This document shows, in pieces, positions 53,351-62,961 of a DNA stretch of 64,000 nt; position 1 is the stretch's first letter; each line of letters begins with the position of its first letter. Made by a program: the position numbers and the translations under genes. Location of the stretch: positions 1 through 64,000 of the IMG/VR virus record IMGVR_UViG_3300031965_000005; one strand, written 5' to 3'. The DNA is from a virus. Below the pieces are notes generated by a model. The model was not told the origin of the DNA and did not search any database. It saw nothing but the letters and a program-made list of their open reading frames with translations.

Positions 53351-54012
53351 TTGGTAGCCTTCTGCAGATATAATAAAGCACGTTTTAGGAAGTGCAAATT
53401 ATCATGAAACAAACCAAGTGCTTTATTACATGGATCACATAGCAATCCTCTTACTACACTATTCGTATGATCGTGGTCAACAGATAGCCTTCCGAACGTA
53501 GGGCACCTGTCACATCGACAGATTGCACATCGACCTCGCTGTTTCGCAAGTAGATTATTAAATTGCTCCATAGTCAACCCATATCGTTGCAACAGATGCT
53601 TCCTGCTAATCATCGCTCGCCTAGGTCTGTACCTCTCTCGGTATGATGAAACCCACTCTGGATTTTTCTTTCGCCACTCCGCTACTGCTACGATCTTCTC
53701 CCCTCTATTGCGCCAGTAGTGCGCTCTCTGATGCTTGGCTCTCGCTCCTGGATGTATCTTAAACCATCGACTATTAGTAGCCAATTTTCGAGCGCGATTC
53801 TTAAGATACCACTTGCGACTATATTCTCTATTGTAGGTTCTACGTATCTCAGGGTTCTTATATGGCATCTTCTCACCATCAAAAAGAATGGCCGTAGCTC
53901 TCCGGCCTGTCAAGCTCTGTGAATTACCGATTTTGGCCGTCCGTCGGCTCGGACTGGAATTGTGGGCGGCTTTCCCCCTAAAATTGACGTAGCTTCTACT
54001 ATAACGACTCAA
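53347..54012 (-). CDS. endonuclease VII-family nuclease with basic repeat N-terminus
   Basis: C-terminal CAICRC...LSVDHDHTNSVVRGLLCDPCNKALG is the Endonuclease_7 signature. Confidence 0.75.
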   Translation of the reverse strand: MSRYSRSYVNFRGKAAHNSSPSRRTAKIGNSQSLTGRRATAILFDGEKMPYKNPEIRRTYNREYSRKWYLKNRARKLATNSRWFKIHPGARAKHQRAHYWRNRGEKIVAVAEWRKKNPEWVSSYRERYRPRRAMISRKHLLQRYGLTMEQFNNLLAKQRGRCAICRCDRCPTFGRLSVDHDHTNSVVRGLLCDPCNKALGLFHDNLHFLKRALLYLQKATK

Positions 54013-54066
54013 GAAAGCGCCGCATTGAAGAGTAGGAAGTCCCTCAACGTAGAAGCTGTCAATCTA

Positions 54067-54333
54067 TCACTCGTCCTCAGTAGCTAAGTAATTAGCAACC
54101 ACAGTAATAACCCCAGCGGTTACTGGCAAAGCCAAGACACTACTAAGAGTGCCCACCAACGGCAGAGCCGCAATAACGCTAGCGGTAAGACCAGCGAGGA
54201 ATTGAGCTACAAAGACCGTGGCTCCCACACTGATAACTGTATCTACCGTTGAATTGTCATCAGTCGTGGCAAAGACTTGCGCCACCCTGCGAACAATCAA
54301 AGGCATATGAAGTTCGGCCATATCCTCACTCAC
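54067..54333 (-). CDS. small membrane protein
   Basis: 88 aa with two hydrophobic helices. Confidence 0.5.
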   Translation of the reverse strand: MSEDMAELHMPLIVRRVAQVFATTDDNSTVDTVISVGATVFVAQFLAGLTASVIAALPLVGTLSSVLALPVTAGVITVVANYLATEDE

Positions 54334-54347
54334 CCCCTCTCTCTAGG

Positions 54348-54908
54348 TTATACCACCTCTAAATTCGACACTGGAACAGCGAGTTCTTCTTCTGTACATC
54401 CCCTATGTTCCAGCATCACATTAAAGTGTTGAATCATCTCATCAATCTGCTTATAAAAGTATTCAAACCTATCCTTAACGTTTCTGATTTCATAGTCCCA
54501 ATCTTTCCAATCATCTAATGCATTCTCTGAGACATGAGGATCTGTGTTAATCTCATCCTCTCTACGAATCCTTACGACAAATCCACCACCAGCCTTTATG
54601 GCTTTGGCCTCATGGGGAAACCTAAGATCAGTAAATGCGAAATGCTTATACCCCTGTTGTTGTAATTCTTCAAGATGCTTCATAGCATAACGAGTCCAAT
54701 ACATCTGATCGTAGTGTTGTACCGCCATGCCCAACTCTTGCAGAAATTGCCTACCTCTTGTGTCCTTTTTGCCATCCCACCCCAATTGACGAGCTACTTC
54801 CTTCATTCTATTGGCGAAAGACACCCTCTGAAATCCATATATAAGCTCTAAGTAGTGGCCTAACGTGTCCTTACCGACTCTTTTCTTTCCCGATATTCCT
54901 AGGATCAT
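54348..54908 (-). CDS. deoxynucleoside monophosphate kinase (T4 gp1-like)
   Basis: ILGISGKKRVGKDT, RQFLQELG...MYW, and FTDLRFPHE...HVSE parallel T4 gp1. Confidence 0.75.
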   Translation of the reverse strand: MILGISGKKRVGKDTLGHYLELIYGFQRVSFANRMKEVARQLGWDGKKDTRGRQFLQELGMAVQHYDQMYWTRYAMKHLEELQQQGYKHFAFTDLRFPHEAKAIKAGGGFVVRIRREDEINTDPHVSENALDDWKDWDYEIRNVKDRFEYFYKQIDEMIQHFNVMLEHRGCTEEELAVPVSNLEVV

Positions 54909-55056
54909 TTTTGCTATCCCTCAGCTTATGAGAGCCTGTTGCCCAATGTTCATATAACTGAACACACCGAATGCAAACTACTCTACTACATCCATAACAG
55001 TAATCATTCCTAGATGCAGCAGGTCTCCTACATGATGTACATTTCACGCTAGCCAT
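54871..55056 (-). CDS. small zinc-binding protein
   Basis: 61 aa with CTSC...CYGC...CIRC. Confidence 0.45.
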   Translation of the reverse strand: MASVKCTSCRRPAASRNDYCYGCSRVVCIRCVQLYEHWATGSHKLRDSKNDPRNIGKEKSR

Positions 55057-55704
55057 CTACACAATGTCATCAGAGTCATTACCTACTAGAGGATTAGTCT
55101 CACCTGTGACTAGATTTACTTCATCATCTTTAGACTCTGTATCAGACTCTTCTTTCTTCTTGGGAACTTCCCCCTTTAGCAAAGTTTCCAACCTCTCTTT
55201 AGAGGGTTTGTAATATTCACTCAGGTTAATCTTGGTAAGAACAAGCTCTTCCTCCGTCAGTGGTTCCATATTTGGATCGATAGTAACACTATAGCGGGTC
55301 TCCAATTGCTGACCCCTACGAGTAACTGAAAGATCGAACTGAGTAGGTAGCTTCTTCCATTTCTTCATAGTAGCTTGCACATCACCCAAGATATCCCGAC
55401 CAAATTCCCATAGCTTAACTTTACCATCTCTACGATCTATAACATTAATCGCATGACGGAGAGCTATTTTATGTCCAGCCGCCTTGACTCTTTCGTTATC
55501 CTCCTTCAAGACTGAGACCGGATATCTTTTCCCATTGACCAAAATACGAGTTAGAAAGACTGAAATAGGAGCCAAATCTAGTATACGAAGGCTAGCCGTC
55601 TCTCCATCCTTCAAGGAGAAATATTCCACCTTCGCGTATGCTGGTTGATCTAGCCCCTCCCATGCCTTAGCTACATCATCCACTGTTGCTTGAGTCTCTG
55701 CCAT
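55057..55704 (-). CDS. ssDNA-binding-like protein B (paralog of 56809..57450)
   Basis: Start trimmed to MAETQ, with GGAGGG 5 nt upstream. Blocks shared with its paralog: LRILDLAPIS, NVIDRRDGKVK, FDLSVTRRG...TRYSV, and the acidic tail ...DSDDIV. Confidence 0.5.
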   Translation of the reverse strand: MAETQATVDDVAKAWEGLDQPAYAKVEYFSLKDGETASLRILDLAPISVFLTRILVNGKRYPVSVLKEDNERVKAAGHKIALRHAINVIDRRDGKVKLWEFGRDILGDVQATMKKWKKLPTQFDLSVTRRGQQLETRYSVTIDPNMEPLTEEELVLTKINLSEYYKPSKERLETLLKGEVPKKKEESDTESKDDEVNLVTGETNPLVGNDSDDIV

Positions 55705-55717
55705 ATCTCCCTCCGAT

Positions 55718-56164
55718 TTAGGTTGCATTATGCATCTTTTGTCTATCAGCTTCCAAAGTGTCCAAGAGCTTTTTGAGCGTATGGATGTACTGTTCACATC
55801 GAGCCAATTGTCCTTGATAGAAGCTAACCACATACCGGAGCTCTGCTACGGAGTGGGACGCATCTCTTTCTGCTGGAGCGGATACAAACTTTTCTCCAAT
55901 CATGGCAGCGGCATTCTTCAATTCCATATACCTATTTAACTCTTGATTATCTAAAATTGCTTTCCAAGTCCAATATCGATTAGAAAAAAAACTAAACAAA
56001 GCAGTAGCTTGTAATAGTAGTTGTTGTAGCCTCTCCTTTGGCAGAAACCTATCAGATATTGCGCCTGTCATTACTTCCTGATCAATCTTATCTAAATTCT
56101 TGCTCAATGCATCGGCATCAGTAGGAATTGATTGACTCCATTGAGCTTGGTCAGCAATAGTCAT
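55718..56164 (-). CDS. hypothetical protein
   Basis: 148 aa. Confidence 0.5.
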   Translation of the reverse strand: MTIADQAQWSQSIPTDADALSKNLDKIDQEVMTGAISDRFLPKERLQQLLLQATALFSFFSNRYWTWKAILDNQELNRYMELKNAAAMIGEKFVSAPAERDASHSVAELRYVVSFYQGQLARCEQYIHTLKKLLDTLEADRQKMHNAT

Positions 56165-56176
56165 ATATATTCTCCT

Positions 56177-56812
56177 CTATTTTGTACTAACAGCGCCGCC
56201 TTCCCATAGTATACTACCAATTTCTGGGCTTCCAGCCTTACTTAGATCGCCTATAATATACTCCAAGACTCCGATTGCTACATAGGCATCATACAAAGCA
56301 TGATGCGGCAACAGATTAGGAACATAATGACTGGCGAAGGCTTTGCCTACTAATTTAGCGGCATGCTTTAGATTCTTAAATCGTGATCCATGCTTCAAAC
56401 CATCGGCGAAAAGAAGAGCATTTAGATCGAGACTTCTATTGCCAAATATAGAAGCTGACTTAGGCAAGAATTTTCTAACAAAGGGCATATCGAAACAGCC
56501 AACATTAAATCCCATAGGAATTACAGTATATTTACATTTCTCCTTATAAAATGGAGATCCTTGCAGCCAATTTACTAGTTCTATATCGACCTCTTCGGCA
56601 CTCTTCAATCCTTCCCTATCCACCTGTGATATTTCCAATTTATTTACCCGCAATGCTTCTGGAGCTACAACCAGATTAGTATGTTTAATCTCTTCATAGA
56701 AGAAATTATTCATATCCGATACTCTGACGCATCCGATGGACAACAAAGCATGCTGAGTTACATCACTACCGGACATTTCGCCATCTATTGCTATGATATC
56801 ATAATCTCTCAT
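56177..56812 (-). CDS. DnaQ-like DEDDh 3'-5' exonuclease
   Basis: IAIDGEMSG, GFNVGCFDMPFV and HHALYDAYV. Confidence 0.7.
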   Translation of the reverse strand: MRDYDIIAIDGEMSGSDVTQHALLSIGCVRVSDMNNFFYEEIKHTNLVVAPEALRVNKLEISQVDREGLKSAEEVDIELVNWLQGSPFYKEKCKYTVIPMGFNVGCFDMPFVRKFLPKSASIFGNRSLDLNALLFADGLKHGSRFKNLKHAAKLVGKAFASHYVPNLLPHHALYDAYVAIGVLEYIIGDLSKAGSPEIGSILWEGGAVSTK

Positions 56813-57450
56813 ACTATGTCATCTCCATCTGCGACCGCTATTGGATTCTCAGTGCTATTTCTCTCTGCGACTCCTGATTGGTGAATTTGATTGAAGTCTC
56901 GAATTTTCCTCGTTGTTACTTGGGCACTATGGGACAGATGCCCCTGCATTTCATCAATGGGCATTGGTTTCAATACCTCTTCAAGGTTGTGATGTGTATA
57001 TTCTTCCGATAACGGTTCAATACCCCCAGACAGCGCCACCGAGTATCGCGTATCTGATTGTCCCTTTCCAGTACGTACTATAACGAGATCAAACATTCTA
57101 GGATCACTAGTTCCTAGTTGCTTCGCGGCCTCCACCAATATTTGTGACAGCGGCTCCTTCAATCCAATTGAAAAAGGCATAACTTTTACCTTATTGTCCG
57201 CTCTGTCCAACACATTTACATAAGACCTCTTTGAAATTCGATCGCCGCGAGCACAAAATAGACATCCTGCCCCTGGACAAATGATTGTACGCTTTACGAT
57301 GGATTCGAAGTGTACATCTTTGGAAATTGGAAATTCATCTAATATTCGTACCTTATAAGTTCCCTCTTTAAGCTTGAGCAGAGAATACCCCAATCCTAGT
57401 TCATCGGAGCTAGCTGCCCACTGATTTAAGCATTCCAAAAATTTACTCAT
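56809..57450 (-). CDS. ssDNA-binding-like protein A with Cys cluster
   Basis: 213 aa. Contains VRILDEFPIS, CPGAGCLFC, NVLDRADNKVK, FDLVIVRTG...TRYSV, and the acidic tail ...DGDDIV. Confidence 0.55.
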   Translation of the reverse strand: MSKFLECLNQWAASSDELGLGYSLLKLKEGTYKVRILDEFPISKDVHFESIVKRTIICPGAGCLFCARGDRISKRSYVNVLDRADNKVKVMPFSIGLKEPLSQILVEAAKQLGTSDPRMFDLVIVRTGKGQSDTRYSVALSGGIEPLSEEYTHHNLEEVLKPMPIDEMQGHLSHSAQVTTRKIRDFNQIHQSGVAERNSTENPIAVADGDDIV

Positions 57451-57477
57451 ATCTCCATCACCCCCAAGTAAAGTATA

Positions 57478-60096
57478 TCATAGACTTTGAGAATGTTCAA
57501 GTATCTGATCTTTAGATAGTGGCTTCATACTACCAAAGGATTGGCCAACCTTTACTTCAGCTTCTATAGGTATGTTAAACCCTGGAATCGGCTTCGTGGC
57601 CTCTCGGTACATAATTTGAGCTACTTTGTGTGATAACTCTGTAAGACATTCTGCCACAATGGAATCATGCACAGTCAAAAGCAATCTAGCCGCCGGAACT
57701 GAATTGGTAAAGGCTTTCCTAATACGGTTCATAGTAATGAATAATATGTCTGCTTCTAAACCTTGAATGGGGGCGTTAATAGCACTCCTCTCCGCATGCC
57801 CCCTAATCTTCCTATCTGGTGCCACTATATCTTGTAGCCGCCGCCGTCTTCCAAACAAATTAGTAACGAACCCATGTGATCTAGCACTGAGAATCATCCG
57901 GTTGTTATACTCACGAGCCAACGGATGTATTGAATACCATCTGTCCAACAACCTCATAGCTCTATCTTCATCTATCTTGAAATGCTGAGCTATCTTCCAA
58001 TGTGAGGCTCCCATAATAACAGCATAAGTAAACGCTTTAGCCGCTTGGCGCTCTTCCTTAGTAACCGACTCCGAAGATTTATTGAATATTACAGAAGCAT
58101 TTAATCTATGGATATCTTGTCCTGTTTCCAGAGCTTCCTTCATTCGCAAGTCACCCACATAGAAAGCCCAAATTCTATATTGAATTTGTGAGAAATCTAA
58201 CTCAATTAGCGAACTGCCTTCAGGTGATATAAATATATCCCTTGCCCTACTGGCTATTGTCGCTTCTCCTGTGTCCATATCTGATTCCATACGAGGAATG
58301 TTCTGTAGATTCGGATTTCTACTAGATAATCTCCCGACTTCTGTTCCATGCATAAGTAATTTCGTATGTATTCTTCCATCACTCTTAATGAAAGATTCAA
58401 AGTTGCTTCCGTATGCCGATACCAAATGCTCGTATGACCTCTTCTGCATAATCAATTTAGGAATGTCATGCATTCTCGCTAGTTCTTTTAATGTGGCTTC
58501 ATCAGTAGATGATTTACCTGTCTTCGTGGTCTTGACTGGTTTTAATTTTAAAATGTCAAACAATATACGCCGCAACTGAACGGGAGATCCCCAATTTACT
58601 TCTTCGACCTCAAGTAATTCCTTTGCTTCAGCATTACACGGGTGAGACCGCAATTGGATATCAATATCTGCTGCCGCCTTCTCATATTCAGATCGGATAT
58701 TCCTCAGTTTATCGACATCTATTTTTACTCCGTTCCATTCCATCTCACACAGGGTATTTTGTGCGGGCATAACAATTCTTTTAAATAATGGAATTAGACC
58801 TTCTTTCTCCAACTGTTTGTGGAAAATTCGTCTCAATCTACCTGTCGCATCTACATCAGCCGCAGCATAAGGCCAGATCACACTAAAGGGAATCTTAGAA
58901 AAGTCTACCGTTTTCTTAGAGTAAGCGGGCTTTACTTCTCCCTTACCTCTACAGCTTCCACATATCGCACCACTACCAGATATTTCCCCCGTGCCGCCAC
59001 AAGCAGTACATGGTTCATTAGTGACAATCAGCTTATTCTTCCATTCTTCTATCTCAGCATCATAAAGACCTAAATCAGTATATTCAAGAGCCAATTCCTT
59101 CAAACCATGACTTTTCGCGTTCTCATTCAGTAGATAGTGCATAATCAAAGTATCACAGGCGAAATTCTTTACACGAATGCCAACTTTTCTCAAAAACTGA
59201 ACATCGAAAGAGCCCATATGTGCAGACTTGGGGATATCCGATTCAAAGAATCCTTTCAATCGATCTATGACGGTTTGATGTTTATCTCCCCAATATAGTT
59301 TACCCCCTACCAACAAGGGAACAACATATGATTCAGCTTCTGCTGGAGACAGAGCTACACACATTATCTCATGAGTGTCATAATTCAGCCCTGTAGTTTC
59401 AAGGTCAAAATCTACAATTGGAGCATTGAACAATCTACACATCAGAGCTTCAAATCCCTCAGTTGAATCTACCAATGTATAATGAGTCGGAGTTCTCTTC
59501 ACCTCCAAAGAACCAGTTTCTACATATGTTTTGGCAGTAGAGAGGTCTTTGATTAATTGCTCTTTAAATCTCACTTTAGAATCTCCTATACTATGCAATA
59601 TATAAGAAGGATGATACGTAGGTAGCAATTTGCATCCCAATACTTGATCGGTAGTTATCAACCCTCTCGCTCTAGTGATACCAGACTTACCTGAAAATAC
59701 CTTGAGAGCAACTGCGCCTAATAAAATTATCAGCTTCGGCTGGACATCCTGCATTTCTTTAATGAGGAAAGGAACATAATCTGTGATCTCCTTGTGAGTC
59801 GGGGGTCTATTTTCTACACCTCTGGAAGTCTCCAAGGTAGGTCTAAATTTCACCACATTGGTAATGTACACATTATCTCTGTTTATACCCGCCCCCTTTA
59901 GGCATTCTGATAATAATGCTCCAGCCGGACCGACAAATGGCTTACCTTGACGCGATTCCTCTGCTCCTGGAGCCTCACCGATAATCATAATCTCTGCCGG
60001 AGTTGATCCTACACCTGGAACAAATCCGACCCCCGTCCTATCACAGTTTGCACCTTCGGGATATTTTTCAATAAGCTTATGCAACAAAGAAACCAT
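57478..60096 (-). CDS. polA: family A DNA polymerase with N-terminal UDG-like domain and 3'-5' exonuclease
   Basis: UDG family 4/5-like: IIGEAPGAEE, FVGPAGALL, YHPSY. Exonuclease: DFDLETTGL, SFDVQFL, YAAADVD. Polymerase: LIELDFSQIQYRI (A), RQAAKAFTYAVIMG (B), LTVHDSIVAE (C). Confidence 0.85.
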   Translation of the reverse strand: MVSLLHKLIEKYPEGANCDRTGVGFVPGVGSTPAEIMIIGEAPGAEESRQGKPFVGPAGALLSECLKGAGINRDNVYITNVVKFRPTLETSRGVENRPPTHKEITDYVPFLIKEMQDVQPKLIILLGAVALKVFSGKSGITRARGLITTDQVLGCKLLPTYHPSYILHSIGDSKVRFKEQLIKDLSTAKTYVETGSLEVKRTPTHYTLVDSTEGFEALMCRLFNAPIVDFDLETTGLNYDTHEIMCVALSPAEAESYVVPLLVGGKLYWGDKHQTVIDRLKGFFESDIPKSAHMGSFDVQFLRKVGIRVKNFACDTLIMHYLLNENAKSHGLKELALEYTDLGLYDAEIEEWKNKLIVTNEPCTACGGTGEISGSGAICGSCRGKGEVKPAYSKKTVDFSKIPFSVIWPYAAADVDATGRLRRIFHKQLEKEGLIPLFKRIVMPAQNTLCEMEWNGVKIDVDKLRNIRSEYEKAAADIDIQLRSHPCNAEAKELLEVEEVNWGSPVQLRRILFDILKLKPVKTTKTGKSSTDEATLKELARMHDIPKLIMQKRSYEHLVSAYGSNFESFIKSDGRIHTKLLMHGTEVGRLSSRNPNLQNIPRMESDMDTGEATIASRARDIFISPEGSSLIELDFSQIQYRIWAFYVGDLRMKEALETGQDIHRLNASVIFNKSSESVTKEERQAAKAFTYAVIMGASHWKIAQHFKIDEDRAMRLLDRWYSIHPLAREYNNRMILSARSHGFVTNLFGRRRRLQDIVAPDRKIRGHAERSAINAPIQGLEADILFITMNRIRKAFTNSVPAARLLLTVHDSIVAECLTELSHKVAQIMYREATKPIPGFNIPIEAEVKVGQSFGSMKPLSKDQILEHSQSL

Positions 60097-62393
60097 TAAG
60101 CAGGTACTCCTATTTCAGGCATGGTCACAGGAAATGCTAATCTATGGTACATCTGCATCTCTTCTGCAGTACATTCTACCATTCTATGAAAGTCTGTATA
60201 GAATTTATAGTACATTCTACCTTTGAAGGAAGACGTTCTGTTCTTGGTAAAATTGATCTCCACTACGGGTTGCCATGCACCCCCAAATTCGAACCGTAGC
60301 TTAGCTGCTTCCTGACATATAGCAATATCATTATACATAAGTCCAACACAATCTGCATCATACTTGAAATCTGAAGCCTCTTTTATATCATCTGCAATAG
60401 GTCTACCATTCCCATGCTTTCGTAGCTCTACGGTAGATAATATAGTAACCCCATAATCATTCCGCCAGCTTTTCAGTGCGTCGGAGATTTCAATGGCCGC
60501 TTCTCTCATCCCAGAGCCGAAACGCTGCGGAACTCTAACTCTGTGAGCACTATCGATACACACGATAAGATGACGACCTTCTGCTATCTGCTTATACATG
60601 CCAATAAGTCTTTTAATATCTCGAATATCACGAATGTGGGTCTCATCTTTTATAGCTATTGAATGGGACATATTCCTAAGAGTCTTCAAAGCGTCATTAT
60701 ATCGCCCCAATAGTTCTTCCTTCTCTTGAGAAGAATAAGCATTATTTGCCTGTATTTTATATTTGGGATTCTTCATTGCATTGATTTCTAGACCAGTTTC
60801 CATGGCTAACAAACGAGCTATAACTTCACTGACGGGCTCATCTATGGAGACAAACAAGACAAATGCTTTTCCTGGATTGGCCTTAATGACCTGGAAGCAC
60901 AAATTTCGGGTGAACGCACTCTTGCCAGTGCCTTCTACACCTCCGAACAAGTACACTTGTGGCTGCAATCCATCCATCTTCTCTGTAAAAATTGGAAACC
61001 CACACGATAGTCCTAATAATTCCTCCCGCCTCCATGCAGATTTCTCAAACTCTACTATTTCCCTATCTAAAGTTGACTTTTCCCTGATCACATCAGCAGC
61101 ACTTACTAAGCCTTCATCGCCTTCTTTCTCGACTATGTGATCAAACTCCTGCAAAACTACGTCCATCCTAACACTTAATTCCTTAGCCATCTTCTTGCAT
61201 AAATTCTCGCGGTCAATGGGGCTCTTCTCCAGAAGTATAGATCGCAAAGCTCTATCTCTATCAATTTTATTAGATGTAGCTTTATACGCGGCCACATAGA
61301 AATCGAACAGAGACACATTGTTGGACGTGAGCAAAAAATCATGTTTGTTTAGGCATTCGTCTGGATCTTTGCATTCATCTCTTTGCCTAATGCTGATCTC
61401 CAGATCATGGGCGCTAGTTATTCTGCTTATGATAGCCTCTTCTCCCACCTGTCCACTTTTATCTGTGTCTAGGCAAAATGCAATCTTTTTTATCCCTTTC
61501 TTAATAAGTGCCTTGAGGTGATTATCAGTCATAGAAATCCCACATATAGCTACAGCATTCTTGATTCCTCTACGACACATAGTAAGTACATCAGCAAATC
61601 CTTCCACCACTATAGCGGAGTCTCCAGCAATGTGATTAAGATTGTAGATCGTCTCAGATTTCTGATAGACCATAGATGTGCTGGAGTTTTCATACTTTCG
61701 AAAGTCGGGAGAAGGTCTATCATCGATTGCACGACTTGCAAATCCCACAACTCTGCCCCTTGAATCGTGCACGGGAAAGAGCAACCTTCTATCAAATAGT
61801 TCCCTATGTATCAGTCCTGCTCTACTAAGTACCTCAGTTTCGAATCCTCTTTTTCCCAATGCATCTATCAGCTTGTCATAGGAACAATATCCAAGCTTGA
61901 ACTCCCCAGCCACTTCTTGCCAGCCTCTTTTCCTAATATAATTCATAGCTAGCTCAGACTTAGATAAACCAGTATGAGCCAAAGATGCAGCTATGGCTAA
62001 AACCTCATAGACTCTCTGCCTCAGTCGTTCTTCTGGTGTTAGCTCTTCATAATCATAGGATACACCCATAAGATCAGCAAGATAAATCAATGTCTTAGAT
62101 ATCCATTCAGAACCACTTGAAGGTTTATCTTCTAAATAATGGGCAGCATCGAAGATATCACCTTTCAGATTACAGGCGAAACACTTCCAATGCTCTTCAT
62201 CTGGCCAAAATCCACAGCTAAAATGAATATCGTTATTCTCATGAAAAGCACGATTGGGACAATTGAATTGCTGACCATTGCTGGAGAATTGAGTCCCCTT
62301 GACTTCCAAATATTTACGAAGTCCTTTCCTAACTTCAGCCTTCAATCCCTCAATATCTTTAATTTTCTGCATTTGTTCTAATCTCCATGGCAC
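60096..62393 (-). CDS. bifunctional primase-helicase (T7 gp4-like)
   Basis: Zinc finger CPNRAFH...CFAC. TOPRIM VVEGFADV and DTDKSG. DnaB-type Walker A GGVEGTGKS and Walker B LIVCIDSAH. Confidence 0.85.
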   Translation of the reverse strand: MPWRLEQMQKIKDIEGLKAEVRKGLRKYLEVKGTQFSSNGQQFNCPNRAFHENNDIHFSCGFWPDEEHWKCFACNLKGDIFDAAHYLEDKPSSGSEWISKTLIYLADLMGVSYDYEELTPEERLRQRVYEVLAIAASLAHTGLSKSELAMNYIRKRGWQEVAGEFKLGYCSYDKLIDALGKRGFETEVLSRAGLIHRELFDRRLLFPVHDSRGRVVGFASRAIDDRPSPDFRKYENSSTSMVYQKSETIYNLNHIAGDSAIVVEGFADVLTMCRRGIKNAVAICGISMTDNHLKALIKKGIKKIAFCLDTDKSGQVGEEAIISRITSAHDLEISIRQRDECKDPDECLNKHDFLLTSNNVSLFDFYVAAYKATSNKIDRDRALRSILLEKSPIDRENLCKKMAKELSVRMDVVLQEFDHIVEKEGDEGLVSAADVIREKSTLDREIVEFEKSAWRREELLGLSCGFPIFTEKMDGLQPQVYLFGGVEGTGKSAFTRNLCFQVIKANPGKAFVLFVSIDEPVSEVIARLLAMETGLEINAMKNPKYKIQANNAYSSQEKEELLGRYNDALKTLRNMSHSIAIKDETHIRDIRDIKRLIGMYKQIAEGRHLIVCIDSAHRVRVPQRFGSGMREAAIEISDALKSWRNDYGVTILSTVELRKHGNGRPIADDIKEASDFKYDADCVGLMYNDIAICQEAAKLRFEFGGAWQPVVEINFTKNRTSSFKGRMYYKFYTDFHRMVECTAEEMQMYHRLAFPVTMPEIGVPA

Positions 62394-62922
62394 CTAACAA
62401 AAGATCAAAAGGCAACAACAAATTAACAGGAAAGCACACTATCTTCTGACCAGATTTGTCCTTTACCATATACGTATAGCCCCATTTTTGAAAGTCTTCG
62501 AGAAATGTGATATCATGTCCATAAATCTTATCTTTAGACTCTACAAAGACAATAAGAAGTCTCTTTCGCCATTTCAAATGCCTTAACATTCGGCAGAATT
62601 GATCTTCATTTAAGCCAGTCCATCTGCTCCCTAAATGGAAGAATGGACGCTTACATTTTACCTCAATCCCCGCTACATACTTCCCATTATTAGTAAATAC
62701 TTCTATATCGAATGGGAATAACTTTCCACTGATGGGATCCTGTCCATACCAATGCCGAGCATATGCCAGCAAATTTCGGTTAGTAAGAGATTCGACATAT
62801 GATGAAACCCATATTTGCCCTCTCAGCCCCTGCAAAGTCTTATGATCGGGGCTTGGGGGCATCCCAGGCGGAATCCACCTAGAAGGTCTTCCTTTTAGTA
62901 TAGCATTATATTTTGAGGACAT
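62359..62922 (-). CDS. PD-(D/E)xK nuclease-like protein
   Basis: 187 aa. FPFDIEVF...GIEVKCK fits the D...ExK core. Confidence 0.4.
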   Translation of the reverse strand: MSSKYNAILKGRPSRWIPPGMPPSPDHKTLQGLRGQIWVSSYVESLTNRNLLAYARHWYGQDPISGKLFPFDIEVFTNNGKYVAGIEVKCKRPFFHLGSRWTGLNEDQFCRMLRHLKWRKRLLIVFVESKDKIYGHDITFLEDFQKWGYTYMVKDKSGQKIVCFPVNLLLPFDLLLGAMEIRTNAEN

Positions 62923-62961
62923 TCACCTTACCCTTAAGTATACTACAGGCTGTAGCCAAGA

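Noticed and set aside
55705-55833. Long N-terminal extensions of track ORFs (55057..55833, 22802..23173, 47816..48277, 44917..45354, 33687..34229, 8754..9896, 2880..4358, 4346..4783, 32781..33416, 40730..40945, 40884..41195, 41358..41576, 28712..29152)
   Set aside because: In each case an internal ATG lies just downstream of the upstream gene's stop, often as TAATG or ATGA or with a GGAGG-like RBS. The extension would overlap the neighbour by 40-150 nt, so I used the trimmed starts.
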